Source of the DNA: a virus
Lineage: Duplodnaviria; Heunggongvirae; Uroviricota; Caudoviricetes
DNA length: 64,000 nt
IMG/VR virus record: IMGVR_UViG_3300021400_000025
Location: 150,479 to 214,478 of that record
Strand: one strand, 5' to 3'
Shown in pieces: positions 20,639-30,860 of the stretch. The notes below the pieces were generated by a model. It saw nothing but the letters and a program-made list of their open reading frames with translations, had not been told where the DNA came from and made no database searches. The first letter of the stretch is position 1. Every line of letters begins with the position of its first letter. Made by a program: the position numbers and the translations under genes.

Positions 20639-22117
20639 ATGGCGAAACAAGAGGAATTTCACAGAGAGGAACTGTCAAGCAAGACGCTGGAACTGATGTT
20701 GTTCAGGGAAATGATAACGAACCAGGACTTCCTCAGCAGGCTTTCTGGAGTCATGGACCTTAGATGGTTCAGAACGCCGCACATCAGGCTCATGGCGGAG
20801 TTCGCCATGCTGTTCTACAAGAAATATGGTGGCGTCCTCACAAGGGATCTGGTGGAATCCCTCATCCAGAAGCGCAATGACGCGCAGGCCATCGACGCGA
20901 ACAAAATCGACCTGAACGCCGCGCTGTACGATTTCAACAAGGCGAAGGAACTGGATTTGGGGCCGATGGACGAAGCCACGAAGATTTCCAAGATTCAGGC
21001 ATTCGTCAAGCAGGAAGCCATGAGGAACGCCCTTCTGGATTCAGCCACCGACCTTGAGAAGGCGAACACCGACGGAATCATTGAATCAACCTTGAAGAAG
21101 TTCGAGGACATCCAGAAGATTCTGTTCGAGAAGGTTGATCTTGGCGTTGAGATGTCAAAGGAAGAAGTTGATGGTTCAATGGAAGACCACATAGACTATC
21201 TCACCAATCCAGAGGCGAGGATTCCAACCTTGTGGAACTGCCTTGACGATTTGACGCATGGTGGGTTCTTGAAGGATGGCAAGTTCCTCGCTGTGTTCAT
21301 GGCCCAGGCTGGCCTTGGAAAGTCGAACATATTGGCGAACCTTGGCTACAACTTCCTCAAGCAGAACCTGAAGGTTGTTGTGATTTCAATGGAAATGTCC
21401 CAGAACGTCTACTTGCGCAGATTTGACTCGCTCATATCCAAAATCGACATCGACGAACTGGGTTTCTCCAGCATGACTTCGCAGTTGAAGGAGAAGGTCA
21501 GAAACTTCTACACGATTGACTGTCCAGGGGCCAAGTTGAATGTAAAGGAGTTCGCTCCCGGAAGCAAGTCGGCCAAGAACATAGAGGCATATGTGGAGAA
21601 ACTGGCCGAGGTGAAGGGGTGGAAGCCAGATGTCCTCATCATAGACTATCTGAATCTGATAAGACCAAACGCCATGAACGCGAAGGGGGATTCGTCCATG
21701 TACCAAGACGGCAAGGTTGTGTCGGAGGAACTCCGAGCCTTGTCATACAGGCTTGAAATCCCAATCATAACTGCAGTCCAGTGCAACTCAAGTGGATTCA
21801 ACACAGCCGACATTGGAATGCAGAACATCGCTGAATCCAGGGGCATAGCGCACACCGCCGACTTCATAGCTGGCCTTTACCAGACAGAGGAGGAGCAGGA
21901 CGATGGCGTTTTCCACATGAAGGTGTTGAAGTCAAGACTCGGGGACAAGAAGAACCTGAGGTTCGAGTTCGATAAGCACACTATGGAGTTCAGGGACATC
22001 AACGATGTTGGAGACAACAACGACATGGCAGTTGATTCATCCAAGTCAAGCATGGGATTGCCAAAGGCAACCGAGGACGATTTCAACCCATTTGGTGGAG
22101 ACTTGGGAATGCCTTGA
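20639..22117 (+). CDS. Replicative DNA helicase (DnaB/T4 gp41-like)
   Basis: Walker A AQAGLGKS, ISMEMS, IIDYLNL, ELRALS, TAVQ, IAESRGI, KSRLG. Confidence 0.9.
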   Translation: MAKQEEFHREELSSKTLELMLFREMITNQDFLSRLSGVMDLRWFRTPHIRLMAEFAMLFYKKYGGVLTRDLVESLIQKRNDAQAIDANKIDLNAALYDFNKAKELDLGPMDEATKISKIQAFVKQEAMRNALLDSATDLEKANTDGIIESTLKKFEDIQKILFEKVDLGVEMSKEEVDGSMEDHIDYLTNPEARIPTLWNCLDDLTHGGFLKDGKFLAVFMAQAGLGKSNILANLGYNFLKQNLKVVVISMEMSQNVYLRRFDSLISKIDIDELGFSSMTSQLKEKVRNFYTIDCPGAKLNVKEFAPGSKSAKNIEAYVEKLAEVKGWKPDVLIIDYLNLIRPNAMNAKGDSSMYQDGKVVSEELRALSYRLEIPIITAVQCNSSGFNTADIGMQNIAESRGIAHTADFIAGLYQTEEEQDDGVFHMKVLKSRLGDKKNLRFEFDKHTMEFRDINDVGDNNDMAVDSSKSSMGLPKATEDDFNPFGGDLGMP

Positions 22118-22203
22118 CGCCTCCGCCTGCATGAGTCTGGACGAAATGGACTTTCCTTGTCTCATCAGGCATGTCACAATCAAATTTGAAACTGATTTCA
22201 AAT

Positions 22204-24156
22204 TCAAGTGGGATTCCAATGGGCATAGAGCATGGCATCCCCAAACACATGCGCATTCTCCGTCACTGGCCGACCACCACGCTTGCGCGTGAACCATCCA
22301 TTGAAATCATATCCAGTTCGATCACTAAGTGGCAGTTTTCCAATTGGACTGTTCCATGACACAGACTTTTGGAGAGGATTTGCTGGATTCCCACCATTGG
22401 CGTCAAATGTCACTGTGCATTGCTGCGCAGGCGGATCGATGGATTGCGTCTCATCAGACTCGATGCATTCCCATATATACACCTCCTTGTATGGGGGCAT
22501 GTTGTCGTGCGGCAGAAACAACTTCTTCTGGTCGCATTCAAGGGGACTCATCTGGCAATCCACAGTTGCGCTCTTCAATGTATTCTTGTTCTTGTCATCA
22601 TCATCTGATGGGGTTTGGACGACCTTGGTGGATTCACCTCCAACCCCCACATCAACTGGTCTATCGAAGCTGATTTTGTCCCCTTTCTTCGCCAGATACG
22701 CATGCGTGTGGATTGGAATGTTGGATTCCCTCAAGCACACGAATTCCTCCCCCAGTTTCTTCCCCAAGGTGGGGTCATGGTCGGACACGCCTCGCAGGAA
22801 ATTCAGCACTCTTCTCCATTTCCTCCCACCATAGTTCCCAATCACCTTCAGCTCGGTGTCGTCCTTCGTGGAAATCACCACTCGCCCAACATATGAGGTG
22901 GGCTTGATTGATGACACCCAATCATATATGCTTTCAATCTTGCTGCGGATGGTCTCCATCTTGTCCATCATCTTGACATACCATGTCTGGAACTCAGAGA
23001 CAACCACCAAATCCTCGTCCAGTTTGTCCTTGAACATCTCCTGCATGGTCTTCCCCCCAATCTTCAACATGTCTGCGGTGTTGTCTGAGAAGATGTCGAA
23101 CAATGTCTGCAGGGATTGGCGATACAGTTCCGCGTCAGGTGATATGCGCAAAAGGCAATCGTGGATGGTCAAATCGTCTGTGTTGTACTTCTAAAGTCCA
23201 TTCACCATCTGCGATTCATATTGCGCTTCGACGATGGAGGTTGAACTGTTGATTGTGGCGCGCATGAACCTCATTGGCTCTGATTGGATGGATGTGCCGT
23301 CTGAAATGGTGGATGGGATTCCTCTTGGTCCGGTGGATTCCTTGTATTTGATGATGACATTCAGCGATGGGGGGATGTTGTTGTGCGTTTTCTTGGGGTT
23401 TCTCCAATCAAGGACATTCTCGCCATGCAATGGATATGTCAACTGCCCATCATCGAGATTGTTTGGCCGCGCCAGAAGATTGGATGTTGTCTGGACATTC
23501 CCATGCGAAACCAACTGCCCACTGCCCACAGTGAACACATCAACAAGATTTCCACCACCATGTATGGTTGAACAAGGCGTTGTTGGGGCTTCTGGTCTAG
23601 TGATGCGATGCTTGTGCTTCAATGGCATCTATAGGGTGGCTTCGTCCATTCCCATTGGAAGGTCATCTTCGGTTGTGTTCCCCAAGCACCAAATCAATCC
23701 ACATATGTTTTTGAAGTCCTGATACAGGTTGTTGGTGATGGTGGTGGAAATCTCAACTGCGCCATCGTAGTTCAACTTGGCTTCGTTCTTCAGGAACGCA
23801 ATCTGGGCATCCACGTTGTCTTCCAGCATCTTCAAGTCATTTTCCAACTTGCTCTTATATGCCGTGTAGGTTGTCCTTTTCACATAGTCCGTGAACTGGT
23901 TTTCATCGACATGGGCATCGTTCTTCCATTTCCCTGTGGAACAATCAACATTGAACCGACCATTCTAATCCACCAATCCCCCGAATATGGTTTTGCGCAT
24001 GTGCTTGAACAATTCGGTCTATGTCATTGCTGTATATCCAGTCTGATTCTCATCATCGGGGAACAGAAGAAAACAATCAGTCCCATTGTCCGAGATTGAG
24101 AGTTCATGGACCGATATTGGATTGATCCTCAGATATTCGCGCACGTCTATGTTCAT
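22204..24156 (-). CDS. Baseplate wedge/short tail fibre-like protein with C-terminal InlB-B (Listeria-Bacteroides) repeat, four in-frame TAG
   Basis: One frame from ATG 24156 through TAGs 24019, 23965, 23629 and 23191; HNNIPPSL, HTHAY, HDNMPPY tail-collar-like motifs; TVTFDANGG...GYDFNGWFT at the end. Confidence 0.6.
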
Positions 24157-24281
24157 GGTGGAAGTATTTACCATTATGCCGTTTTTTGCCGAAACTGGTA
24201 AATAATATCGCCTGAATAGGCAATGATGATGCCAACTTCGGGCACAAAACACAAACACACAACATACACACGAGGTGCATC

Positions 24282-24914
24282 ATGAAGAGAATCGGATTCG
24301 CATTGGCGTTTCTGTCTTCGATGTTGGCATTGAACGGCCAGATAGTTGACACCTACGCATTCAGAATGAACCTGAAGGTTCCCAGAATCTACAATAACTC
24401 ATAGTCTCTGGGATATCGAAGACTTCAGCCCCAACGATTGACGGGGAATCTGCAGTTCATATACAAGGATGATGGGCAGATTGAGATCAAGGTGCTTGAT
24501 CTTGTCAACAAGTCCCACAAGGTGAATGGAACTCCAATAACATACACTTGCTACGACATCCCCTACAGTGGTCATCAGACATTGGTTGTGGGGATAGGGA
24601 ACAACAAGACGGGTGTGTTCAGACAAGGTGGGGTTGAGTTTGCGTTCCAGGCTGACCCATCCTACAACATAGGGACATTGGACGAGGACAACACCCTCAT
24701 TCTGGAATTTTCGGGATATGGCTCGTTGCGTGGGGACGTGTTGAGGAACATGAGGGGTTCTGTGAAGGGGCAGATTGGATGTGGATGCATGGCCCATGGA
24801 CACATCTCCCCAACCCGCCTGTTTCTGGGATATCTCACTGACATAGTGCATGATGTCGCCCCTCTCTATGGGACATTCACCGCGACATTCAAGAGCAGAA
24901 GAATTGTGGATTGA
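24282..24914 (+). CDS. Secreted hypothetical protein, one in-frame TAG
   Basis: Signal peptide MKRIGFALAFLSSMLALNG; TAG 24402 in PRIYNNS*SLGYR; RBS GAGGTG. Confidence 0.65.
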
Positions 24915-24940
24915 TTGAAGTCTGTTTTGCATTGAAGCGA

Positions 24941-24979
24941 AAGCCAGTTCTCCTCCTTTGGTGGGATTGGCTTTTTTTG
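24941..24979 (+). terminator. Intrinsic terminator
   Basis: AAAGCCAGTT...GATTGGCTTT followed by a T run. Confidence 0.55.
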
Positions 24980-25010
24980 TATAATTGAGCATTGAAAGGT
25001 TCATATACAA

Positions 25011-26696
25011 ATGGATAACGAAAAATACTGCACAAGAATCAACGAAAAGACAGACGAGGTTCTTCTGGCAATCAAGAAGTCTGCCCAGAAGATATCAGAC
25101 ATAGTTTCACAGACTGCAGGTCCGTATGGCCACAATGTCATGCTCATCAATGGCAAGACATGCAGAATCACGAAAGACGGCATTTCTGTTCTGCGTTCAA
25201 TAACGGAGCCTGAGACCGAATCGGATTTCATCGCATTGAGCGTAATCAGGTCTGCATCCGACGAGACGAACAGGCTTGCTGGAGACGGAACCACCGCCAC
25301 ATGCATCCTTGCGAACGAAATCTTCCAGCAGGGGCATACATTCCTCACGGCAGGCATGAATGGCAATCTGCTCAGGAATGGAATAGTAAAGGCGTCTGAC
25401 CTTGCCCAGAAGATGGTTGTTGACAAGTTGTCAACGCCAGTGAAGGACGACAAGGACATCTACAACGTCGCCAAGATTTCCGCCAATGGCTCCGACGAGA
25501 TCGCCCAGATTCTCACAGATGTCTTCTCCAAGATTGGCAAGGACGGAATGGCGAGAGTTGAGCTGTCCAACACCGACAAGACAACCTCCAAGATTGTCTA
25601 TGGCATGACGATTGACCGTGGGCTTGAGTCCCCCTATTTCGCAACGAACGAGCATGGGGAGGCTGTGCTTGACAATCCCATAATCCTTCTTGTGAACAAG
25701 AGACTTTCGGTTGTTGGCGAACTGTTTGAGCCATTCAAGCTGCTTGCGAAGTTGAACCGACCAATCCTCGTTGTGGCAGAGGGATACGATCCAGACATCC
25801 TCAACACATTTGTCGTCAACAAGATCCGTGGTCTGCCAATCTGCGCAATCCTCGCCCCAAATTACGGCGAAGATCGCACGAATATGATGGAAGACCTAGC
25901 AATTGTGACTGGTGGAAAGGTAATTTCCCCCCAGACAGGACTCACCCTTGAATCCATTATAAGCGACCAGTCAATCCTTGGAACGGCGAAGCAAGTGATT
26001 GTGAATGGAGAGTCAACCTCAATCATAGCCGACACGTCCGTTATTGACAAGGAAAGGCTTGACAAGAGGATTGCTGAGATTGACCATGTGCTTGAGGACG
26101 AGACCCTGAACGAGCATGACAAGAGGATTGCCAAGACGAGAAAGGCAAGGCTTGTGTCTGGCATTGGCATCATATCTGTTGGTGGGGCGACAGAGGCCGA
26201 GATGCACGAAAAGAAGGATCTTGTGGATGATGCATTCGCTTCCGTGTCCAGTTCCCAGAAGAAGGGCATTGTTCCAGGCGCTGGCTTGACATATCTCGCA
26301 ATCCACAGCGCGTTGTACAAGTGGCTTTCCGAGCACTACAACGAGCTGACCCAGGAAGAGGCAAGTGGATTCAAGGTGTTCGCCGATTCTCTGACAAAGC
26401 CATTCCTCACCATATGCGGCAATTCTGGGAACCAGAACGCCCAGTATGCCCTTGGTGTTGTCCAGAACACGAACGAAGCCGAACACAAGAACGATGGAAA
26501 AATCTCCAACTGGACAAGATGCGTGGACTTTGGAACTGGGGAGATGATTGATGTGATTGAGAAGGGAATAGTGGATTCAGCCGCAGCGGTGATTGAGACC
26601 ATGAAGAATGGGGCCGCGGCAGGCGCGCAGCTTCTCTCCCTCAGTGGGGTTGTGAACACGCCATTGAAGCCTGTTCCACCCCCACCACAGATGTAA
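25011..26696 (+). CDS. groEL: Chaperonin GroEL-like
   Basis: TAGPYG, ITKDGISV, AGDGTTAT, ISANG, IDRGLESPYF, VGGATEAE, GIVPGAG, GIVDS. Confidence 0.92.
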   Translation: MDNEKYCTRINEKTDEVLLAIKKSAQKISDIVSQTAGPYGHNVMLINGKTCRITKDGISVLRSITEPETESDFIALSVIRSASDETNRLAGDGTTATCILANEIFQQGHTFLTAGMNGNLLRNGIVKASDLAQKMVVDKLSTPVKDDKDIYNVAKISANGSDEIAQILTDVFSKIGKDGMARVELSNTDKTTSKIVYGMTIDRGLESPYFATNEHGEAVLDNPIILLVNKRLSVVGELFEPFKLLAKLNRPILVVAEGYDPDILNTFVVNKIRGLPICAILAPNYGEDRTNMMEDLAIVTGGKVISPQTGLTLESIISDQSILGTAKQVIVNGESTSIIADTSVIDKERLDKRIAEIDHVLEDETLNEHDKRIAKTRKARLVSGIGIISVGGATEAEMHEKKDLVDDAFASVSSSQKKGIVPGAGLTYLAIHSALYKWLSEHYNELTQEEASGFKVFADSLTKPFLTICGNSGNQNAQYALGVVQNTNEAEHKNDGKISNWTRCVDFGTGEMIDVIEKGIVDSAAAVIETMKNGAAAGAQLLSLSGVVNTPLKPVPPPPQM

Positions 26697-26778
26697 TTCA
26701 AACGCCATTGTGAATTACCTCAAAAAAAAATGAACGGTTGCTCTTTACATGGGCAACCGTTTGTTGTATAATTGAATC

Positions 26779-26866
26779 GTTGCTTGTGGTGATGCGAAGG
26801 ATACTTCAACGAACAAATGAACTGAAAATTCAACAAACCCCTCCTTCGCAGATTTTCCCGAGCGAC
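26779..26866 (+). ncRNA. Candidate Y-RNA-like structured RNA, copy A (5' leader of the TROVE gene)
   Basis: 8-bp outer stem GTTGCTTG/CGAGCGAC, bulged T, GG/CC, inner stem TGCGAAGGA/TCCTTCGCA; begins just after TATAAT 26767-26772. Confidence 0.65.
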
Positions 26867-26891
26867 ATTTTACAGAAAGGATGACATAGAC

Positions 26892-28544
26892 ATGAGCAAG
26901 TTCAACGAGAAGAAGGCTGGCGCGCCAATGAAGAAGAACTTCATGGGCGAGGACGCATACGTGCTGCCTGACAAGGAAGCCTTGACCTCAATGGTCATGA
27001 CCACCTTCCTCACTGACGCATACTATGTCACTGAGAACCAGTTGACGCAGAACATCATTGAACTTGCCCAGAAGTGCGGCTCGGAGTTCACTGCAAAGCT
27101 GGCTCTCTATGCCAGAACCAAGGGGAATCTACGTTCGGTCAGCCATCTTCTTGCTGCCCTTGTATGCAAGGACTCCACGCATCCAACCTGGCTCAAGTCC
27201 TTCTACGAGCACATTGTGCTGCGTCCTGACGACATTTCGGAAATTCTGTCCTGCTATGGCAAGTTGAGGGGATTTGACCTCAAGCATATCAGGCAGATTC
27301 CAAACGCCATGAAGAGGGGATTTTCAACGGTCCTCTCCAATCTCTCCCCATACCAGATTGACAAGTACAAGATGAACGGCAGGACTGTGTCCTTGGTTGA
27401 CATCGTGAACCTCCTTCACCCAACGCCAACCGACAAGAACAGAGAGGCATACCGCAGGTTGATGCATGGGGAGTCCCTTGACGGAACATACGATGCGAAG
27501 ATTCTTGAGAAGGAAATGGCCGAGACTGGCAAGAACGCCAGCAACGAGCAGGAACTTGTCCTTGCAAAGCATGACGCAATCAAGTCTGTGCTTGAGAAGG
27601 GGATGCCAATCATGAACCTTCTCCGCAACCTTCGGAACATCATGCTCTACGCCCCAGACATGGTTGACGAGGCAATCAAGCAGCTCACGAACCACGACAA
27701 GATTGTGAACAGCAGGCTTCTGCCATTCAGGTTCATGTCGGCATACGATTCTGTGAACGAGGTTGAGATGTCTGACTACACTCCAGATGAAGATTCTGAA
27801 TCAAAGATAATGTTCGAGTCGGACATGCCAAGAATGGACGCGAACAGGCTTGCTTCAATCAAGACGAAGGTGATGAAGGCAATCGAGGACGCCATGACCA
27901 TTTCGTGCGAGAACGTCCCTGACCTTGAGGGCAATTGCGCAATCCTCATCGACCACTCTGGTTCCGTGCGTGGAGACTGGGGTGGAGATTCAAGGGTCTC
28001 TCCTTGGAGCAGCGTCCGCACTGCCCACATTGGAAACCTGTTTGGCTCCATCGTGGCGTTCAAGCAGAAGGATGTCTACATTGGCATGTTCGGCGACGAG
28101 CTCATTTCACCCAAGATTGACCGAAGCATGGGTCTTCTGAAGTTCAACAAGATGACCTACGATGAGGGAGACGATTGTGGAGGAGCGACAGAGAATGGGT
28201 TGTACACCTTCCTCAAGAATGTCATCAAGGAGAAGAAGCACATCGACAACCTCATCGTGTTCTCCGACATGGAGATTGGAGATGGTGGTGAGGGTGGATG
28301 GGACTACACGAGCAGATCGGGTGTCCATTTCAAGGACTTGTTCAAGGAGTTCAGGAAAATCAACCCCAACTGCCTTACGGTGTGCTGCAACATCAGGGGT
28401 CAGAGTGGGACGTCAGTGTTCAACCCCAACCTCAAGATTCTGAACGTCTCAGGGTGGTCGAACAACATCTTTGATGTGATATCCATGTACAAGGCTGGCA
28501 AGCTGAAGTCCATGGTTGAGGACATTGAAAAAATTAGCATTTGA
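26892..28544 (+). CDS. rsr: Ro60/TROVE-domain RNA-binding protein with C-terminal VWA domain
   Basis: KLALYART..NLRS.., KY......SLVD..NL.HP, LLRNLRNI, SRLLPFRF..AY, ILIDHSGS, IVFSDME. Confidence 0.9.
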   Translation: MSKFNEKKAGAPMKKNFMGEDAYVLPDKEALTSMVMTTFLTDAYYVTENQLTQNIIELAQKCGSEFTAKLALYARTKGNLRSVSHLLAALVCKDSTHPTWLKSFYEHIVLRPDDISEILSCYGKLRGFDLKHIRQIPNAMKRGFSTVLSNLSPYQIDKYKMNGRTVSLVDIVNLLHPTPTDKNREAYRRLMHGESLDGTYDAKILEKEMAETGKNASNEQELVLAKHDAIKSVLEKGMPIMNLLRNLRNIMLYAPDMVDEAIKQLTNHDKIVNSRLLPFRFMSAYDSVNEVEMSDYTPDEDSESKIMFESDMPRMDANRLASIKTKVMKAIEDAMTISCENVPDLEGNCAILIDHSGSVRGDWGGDSRVSPWSSVRTAHIGNLFGSIVAFKQKDVYIGMFGDELISPKIDRSMGLLKFNKMTYDEGDDCGGATENGLYTFLKNVIKEKKHIDNLIVFSDMEIGDGGEGGWDYTSRSGVHFKDLFKEFRKINPNCLTVCCNIRGQSGTSVFNPNLKILNVSGWSNNIFDVISMYKAGKLKSMVEDIEKISI

Positions 28545-28584
28545 CAGGCTTTACACGAAAATCAATTTGTTGTATAATTACTAT

Positions 28585-28667
28585 AGAGCCAGTGGTGAGT
28601 GGATTGTTACTTCTCAATCTGTTAAATTGAATTAAACTACCAATCCACAACTTTCCCTGGCTTTTTT
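28585..28667 (+). ncRNA. Candidate Y-RNA-like small RNA, copy B (own promoter and U-tail)
   Basis: Outer stem AGAGCCAG/CTGGCTTT, bulged T, GG/CC, inner stem GTGGATTG/CAATCCAC, then a T run; promoter at 28550-28578. Confidence 0.7.
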
Positions 28668-28688
28668 ACTTTAAGGGCATCAAATCAC

Positions 28689-29585
28689 ATGAAGTGGAGA
28701 TTGATAGAGGAAGCAAGAAAGACCCCATCTGACATGGAGTCCATCAATGATTCCTTCAACAAGGATGTATCTGACGAGAAGTTCGTCCCAACTGTAGATT
28801 TTGTCAAAGCTGTGTATAGAAGACTTAACCAGAAACTTTTCGGTGGCAGACTTCCATCAACAAATGAATTCAAAGTTGAAATTGTCAGCAGTAATGCGTT
28901 TAATGGAAATGTGACTGCACATGACATCAAAGGCACTGAAAATATCGCAGTTGTCAGTCTTCAGATGAATGGGACAAGTACATTGACAATCCATACCTGG
29001 ATGGAGACAATACTGCATGAAATGATTCACATTGACGATTTGGTGAATCACCCAGAACATTTTCATACAAAGGGATATAGAAGACACGGTAAATGGTTCA
29101 AGGAACAGGCAAGAAGGTTCAAGAAGGAGGGTTTTAACGTGACTGTGAAGTACGAAGGTGATTTTGGCACAAATACAGACGATGAACTTTATTCCAGGAA
29201 CAAAGAGGCAATATTCATCAAGATAAGCGAAAATCCAATTGGTCCCTCTGACATGATAAAGGTCAAAGTTGATGACAGAGACTGGGCATTGAAATGTCTA
29301 TATGTACATGGATATAGAAAGGTGAAGATTCTCCAAACCGACAATGAAAACTCTGGCAGGCTTGACTACAGTGAATATGATGGCGATTCTGGATTTAGCC
29401 CATATCATCTTACTGACAAATTCATAAGGGCATTTGGTCCATTCAACGAAGTTGAAGACATTGACTTGTCAAGTATAGTTGCTGAAAGCGAAGGTGGTTT
29501 TCTTCCAAGCGACACATTGGAGATAAATGAACCTGGATTCAAGCAATATATCAGAAATGGCGTTCGTTATTATGAAGTTTCCTGA
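28689..29585 (+). CDS. SprT-like zinc metalloprotease domain protein
   Basis: YRRLNQKLFGGRLP, ILHEMIH (HExxH), HGKWFK. Confidence 0.75.
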   Translation: MKWRLIEEARKTPSDMESINDSFNKDVSDEKFVPTVDFVKAVYRRLNQKLFGGRLPSTNEFKVEIVSSNAFNGNVTAHDIKGTENIAVVSLQMNGTSTLTIHTWMETILHEMIHIDDLVNHPEHFHTKGYRRHGKWFKEQARRFKKEGFNVTVKYEGDFGTNTDDELYSRNKEAIFIKISENPIGPSDMIKVKVDDRDWALKCLYVHGYRKVKILQTDNENSGRLDYSEYDGDSGFSPYHLTDKFIRAFGPFNEVEDIDLSSIVAESEGGFLPSDTLEINEPGFKQYIRNGVRYYEVS

Positions 29586-30454
29586 TGAAATTTGACCTGA
29601 CAATAGGCAATCCTCCATACACCTCTGGCATGGACATTGACGTGCATAAGGCGTTCTCTGGAATTTCCAAGAAAATCGTTTTTGTCCACCCTTCAACTTT
29701 CCTAATTTCCCACAAGCGCAATTCCTTCAATAAGCAGATGAAAAGGATTGACATGAGGAAACTGGAATCAGCGCATCTATTATGGGGCAATGCCATGTTC
29801 AACATCCAACTGTACGTGCCAATTGTTGTTTCTACTTGGAACGCAGAGAAAACAGATGAAATTGTCCATGTGGTTGATGATGCCTATAACCACTGCGAAT
29901 ATGATGTTGACTATGACAAGGTTCACCATTATGGCAAGGACTATCCAAGGTTTTTGGAATGGTTGAACAATAATGTCATGCCACTTGTGGAGAAGAATGG
30001 TTCTGTTGGAGGACATGGGACGTATGAAGTGACAGAGCAGTTTGGATTCAAGATGTCCACCATGCGTGGGCATCCACCTCTTGACGATGGGGATTCCGCT
30101 TTGAGGGACGATTTCTACACCATCTTGCCACAGTCCGACAAGGTTGTGCGCGAAAACTTCTGCAAGTTGGGGGATTATGATTCAAACTACAAGCGCATGT
30201 TCTCCTTCAAGACAGAAGATGAGCGCGAGAATTTCCTTTGGTACTTGAAGACCAAATGCGTCAGGTTCAACCTCTCCATATTCAAGTTCTCCAACATGCT
30301 GATGAGAGGGGAAATGACCCAGATTCCCTGGATGGACTTCAAAACTCGATATTCCGACGCTGATTTGAGGAAATTGTGGAATATAGATGACGATTTGTGG
30401 GATATAATCAACAAGAAGATACCTGATTATTATGTAGATTACACATATAATTGA
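29585..30454 (+). CDS. Adenine DNA methyltransferase, catalytic motif IV/target-recognition half (Eco57I-like)
   Basis: Starts directly with FDLTIGNPPY; no SAM-binding motif I; ends IPWMDF..YSDADL...WNI. Confidence 0.7.
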   Translation: MKFDLTIGNPPYTSGMDIDVHKAFSGISKKIVFVHPSTFLISHKRNSFNKQMKRIDMRKLESAHLLWGNAMFNIQLYVPIVVSTWNAEKTDEIVHVVDDAYNHCEYDVDYDKVHHYGKDYPRFLEWLNNNVMPLVEKNGSVGGHGTYEVTEQFGFKMSTMRGHPPLDDGDSALRDDFYTILPQSDKVVRENFCKLGDYDSNYKRMFSFKTEDERENFLWYLKTKCVRFNLSIFKFSNMLMRGEMTQIPWMDFKTRYSDADLRKLWNIDDDLWDIINKKIPDYYVDYTYN

Positions 30455-30479
30455 AACAAAGAACTAAAAAGAAAGGAAA

Positions 30480-30656
30480 ATGAACATGACCAATACATTC
30501 AAAACTGGCGATACTATCCTTCTCAAGGATACTAATGCGAAATATACTATCTGGAATGAAGACGACTTTTGGTATTGCCTCAAATCCGTGGATTCTGATT
30601 CCGCAATTCGCATCCCCAAGAAGGGTGCTGCAGAAAAGTGGGTCAAGGTTGCTTGA
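30480..30656 (+). CDS. Small hypothetical protein
   Basis: RBS GAAAGGA; FKTGDTILLK. Confidence 0.5.
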   Translation: MNMTNTFKTGDTILLKDTNAKYTIWNEDDFWYCLKSVDSDSAIRIPKKGAAEKWVKVA

Positions 30657-30860
30657 CCCCATGCGTTTCATAGAATCAATATGGGTGCTACTTGAGACAA
30701 TGTGTTTCAGTAGCACCTAAAACATAAAGAAAACAGGCAACCAAAATTATTCCGATTATTTTTACGGAACCCCCTTGCGTTCGGAACAATAATGTGGTAT
30801 ACTGTTGGGGTTCTTTGGGAGAAGAAGGATGCCCGCGAGTTCCTTCAAGAAAAATGAACT

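Noticed and set aside
22125-22170. Hairpin GCCTG(C)ATGAG...CTCATCAGGC with a bulged C, as a third Y-like RNA or ribozyme
   Set aside because: It lacks the GTGGTGA/TTTCCC motif, a promoter and a hammerhead core. It lies between convergent genes, so a terminator or processing structure is more likely.
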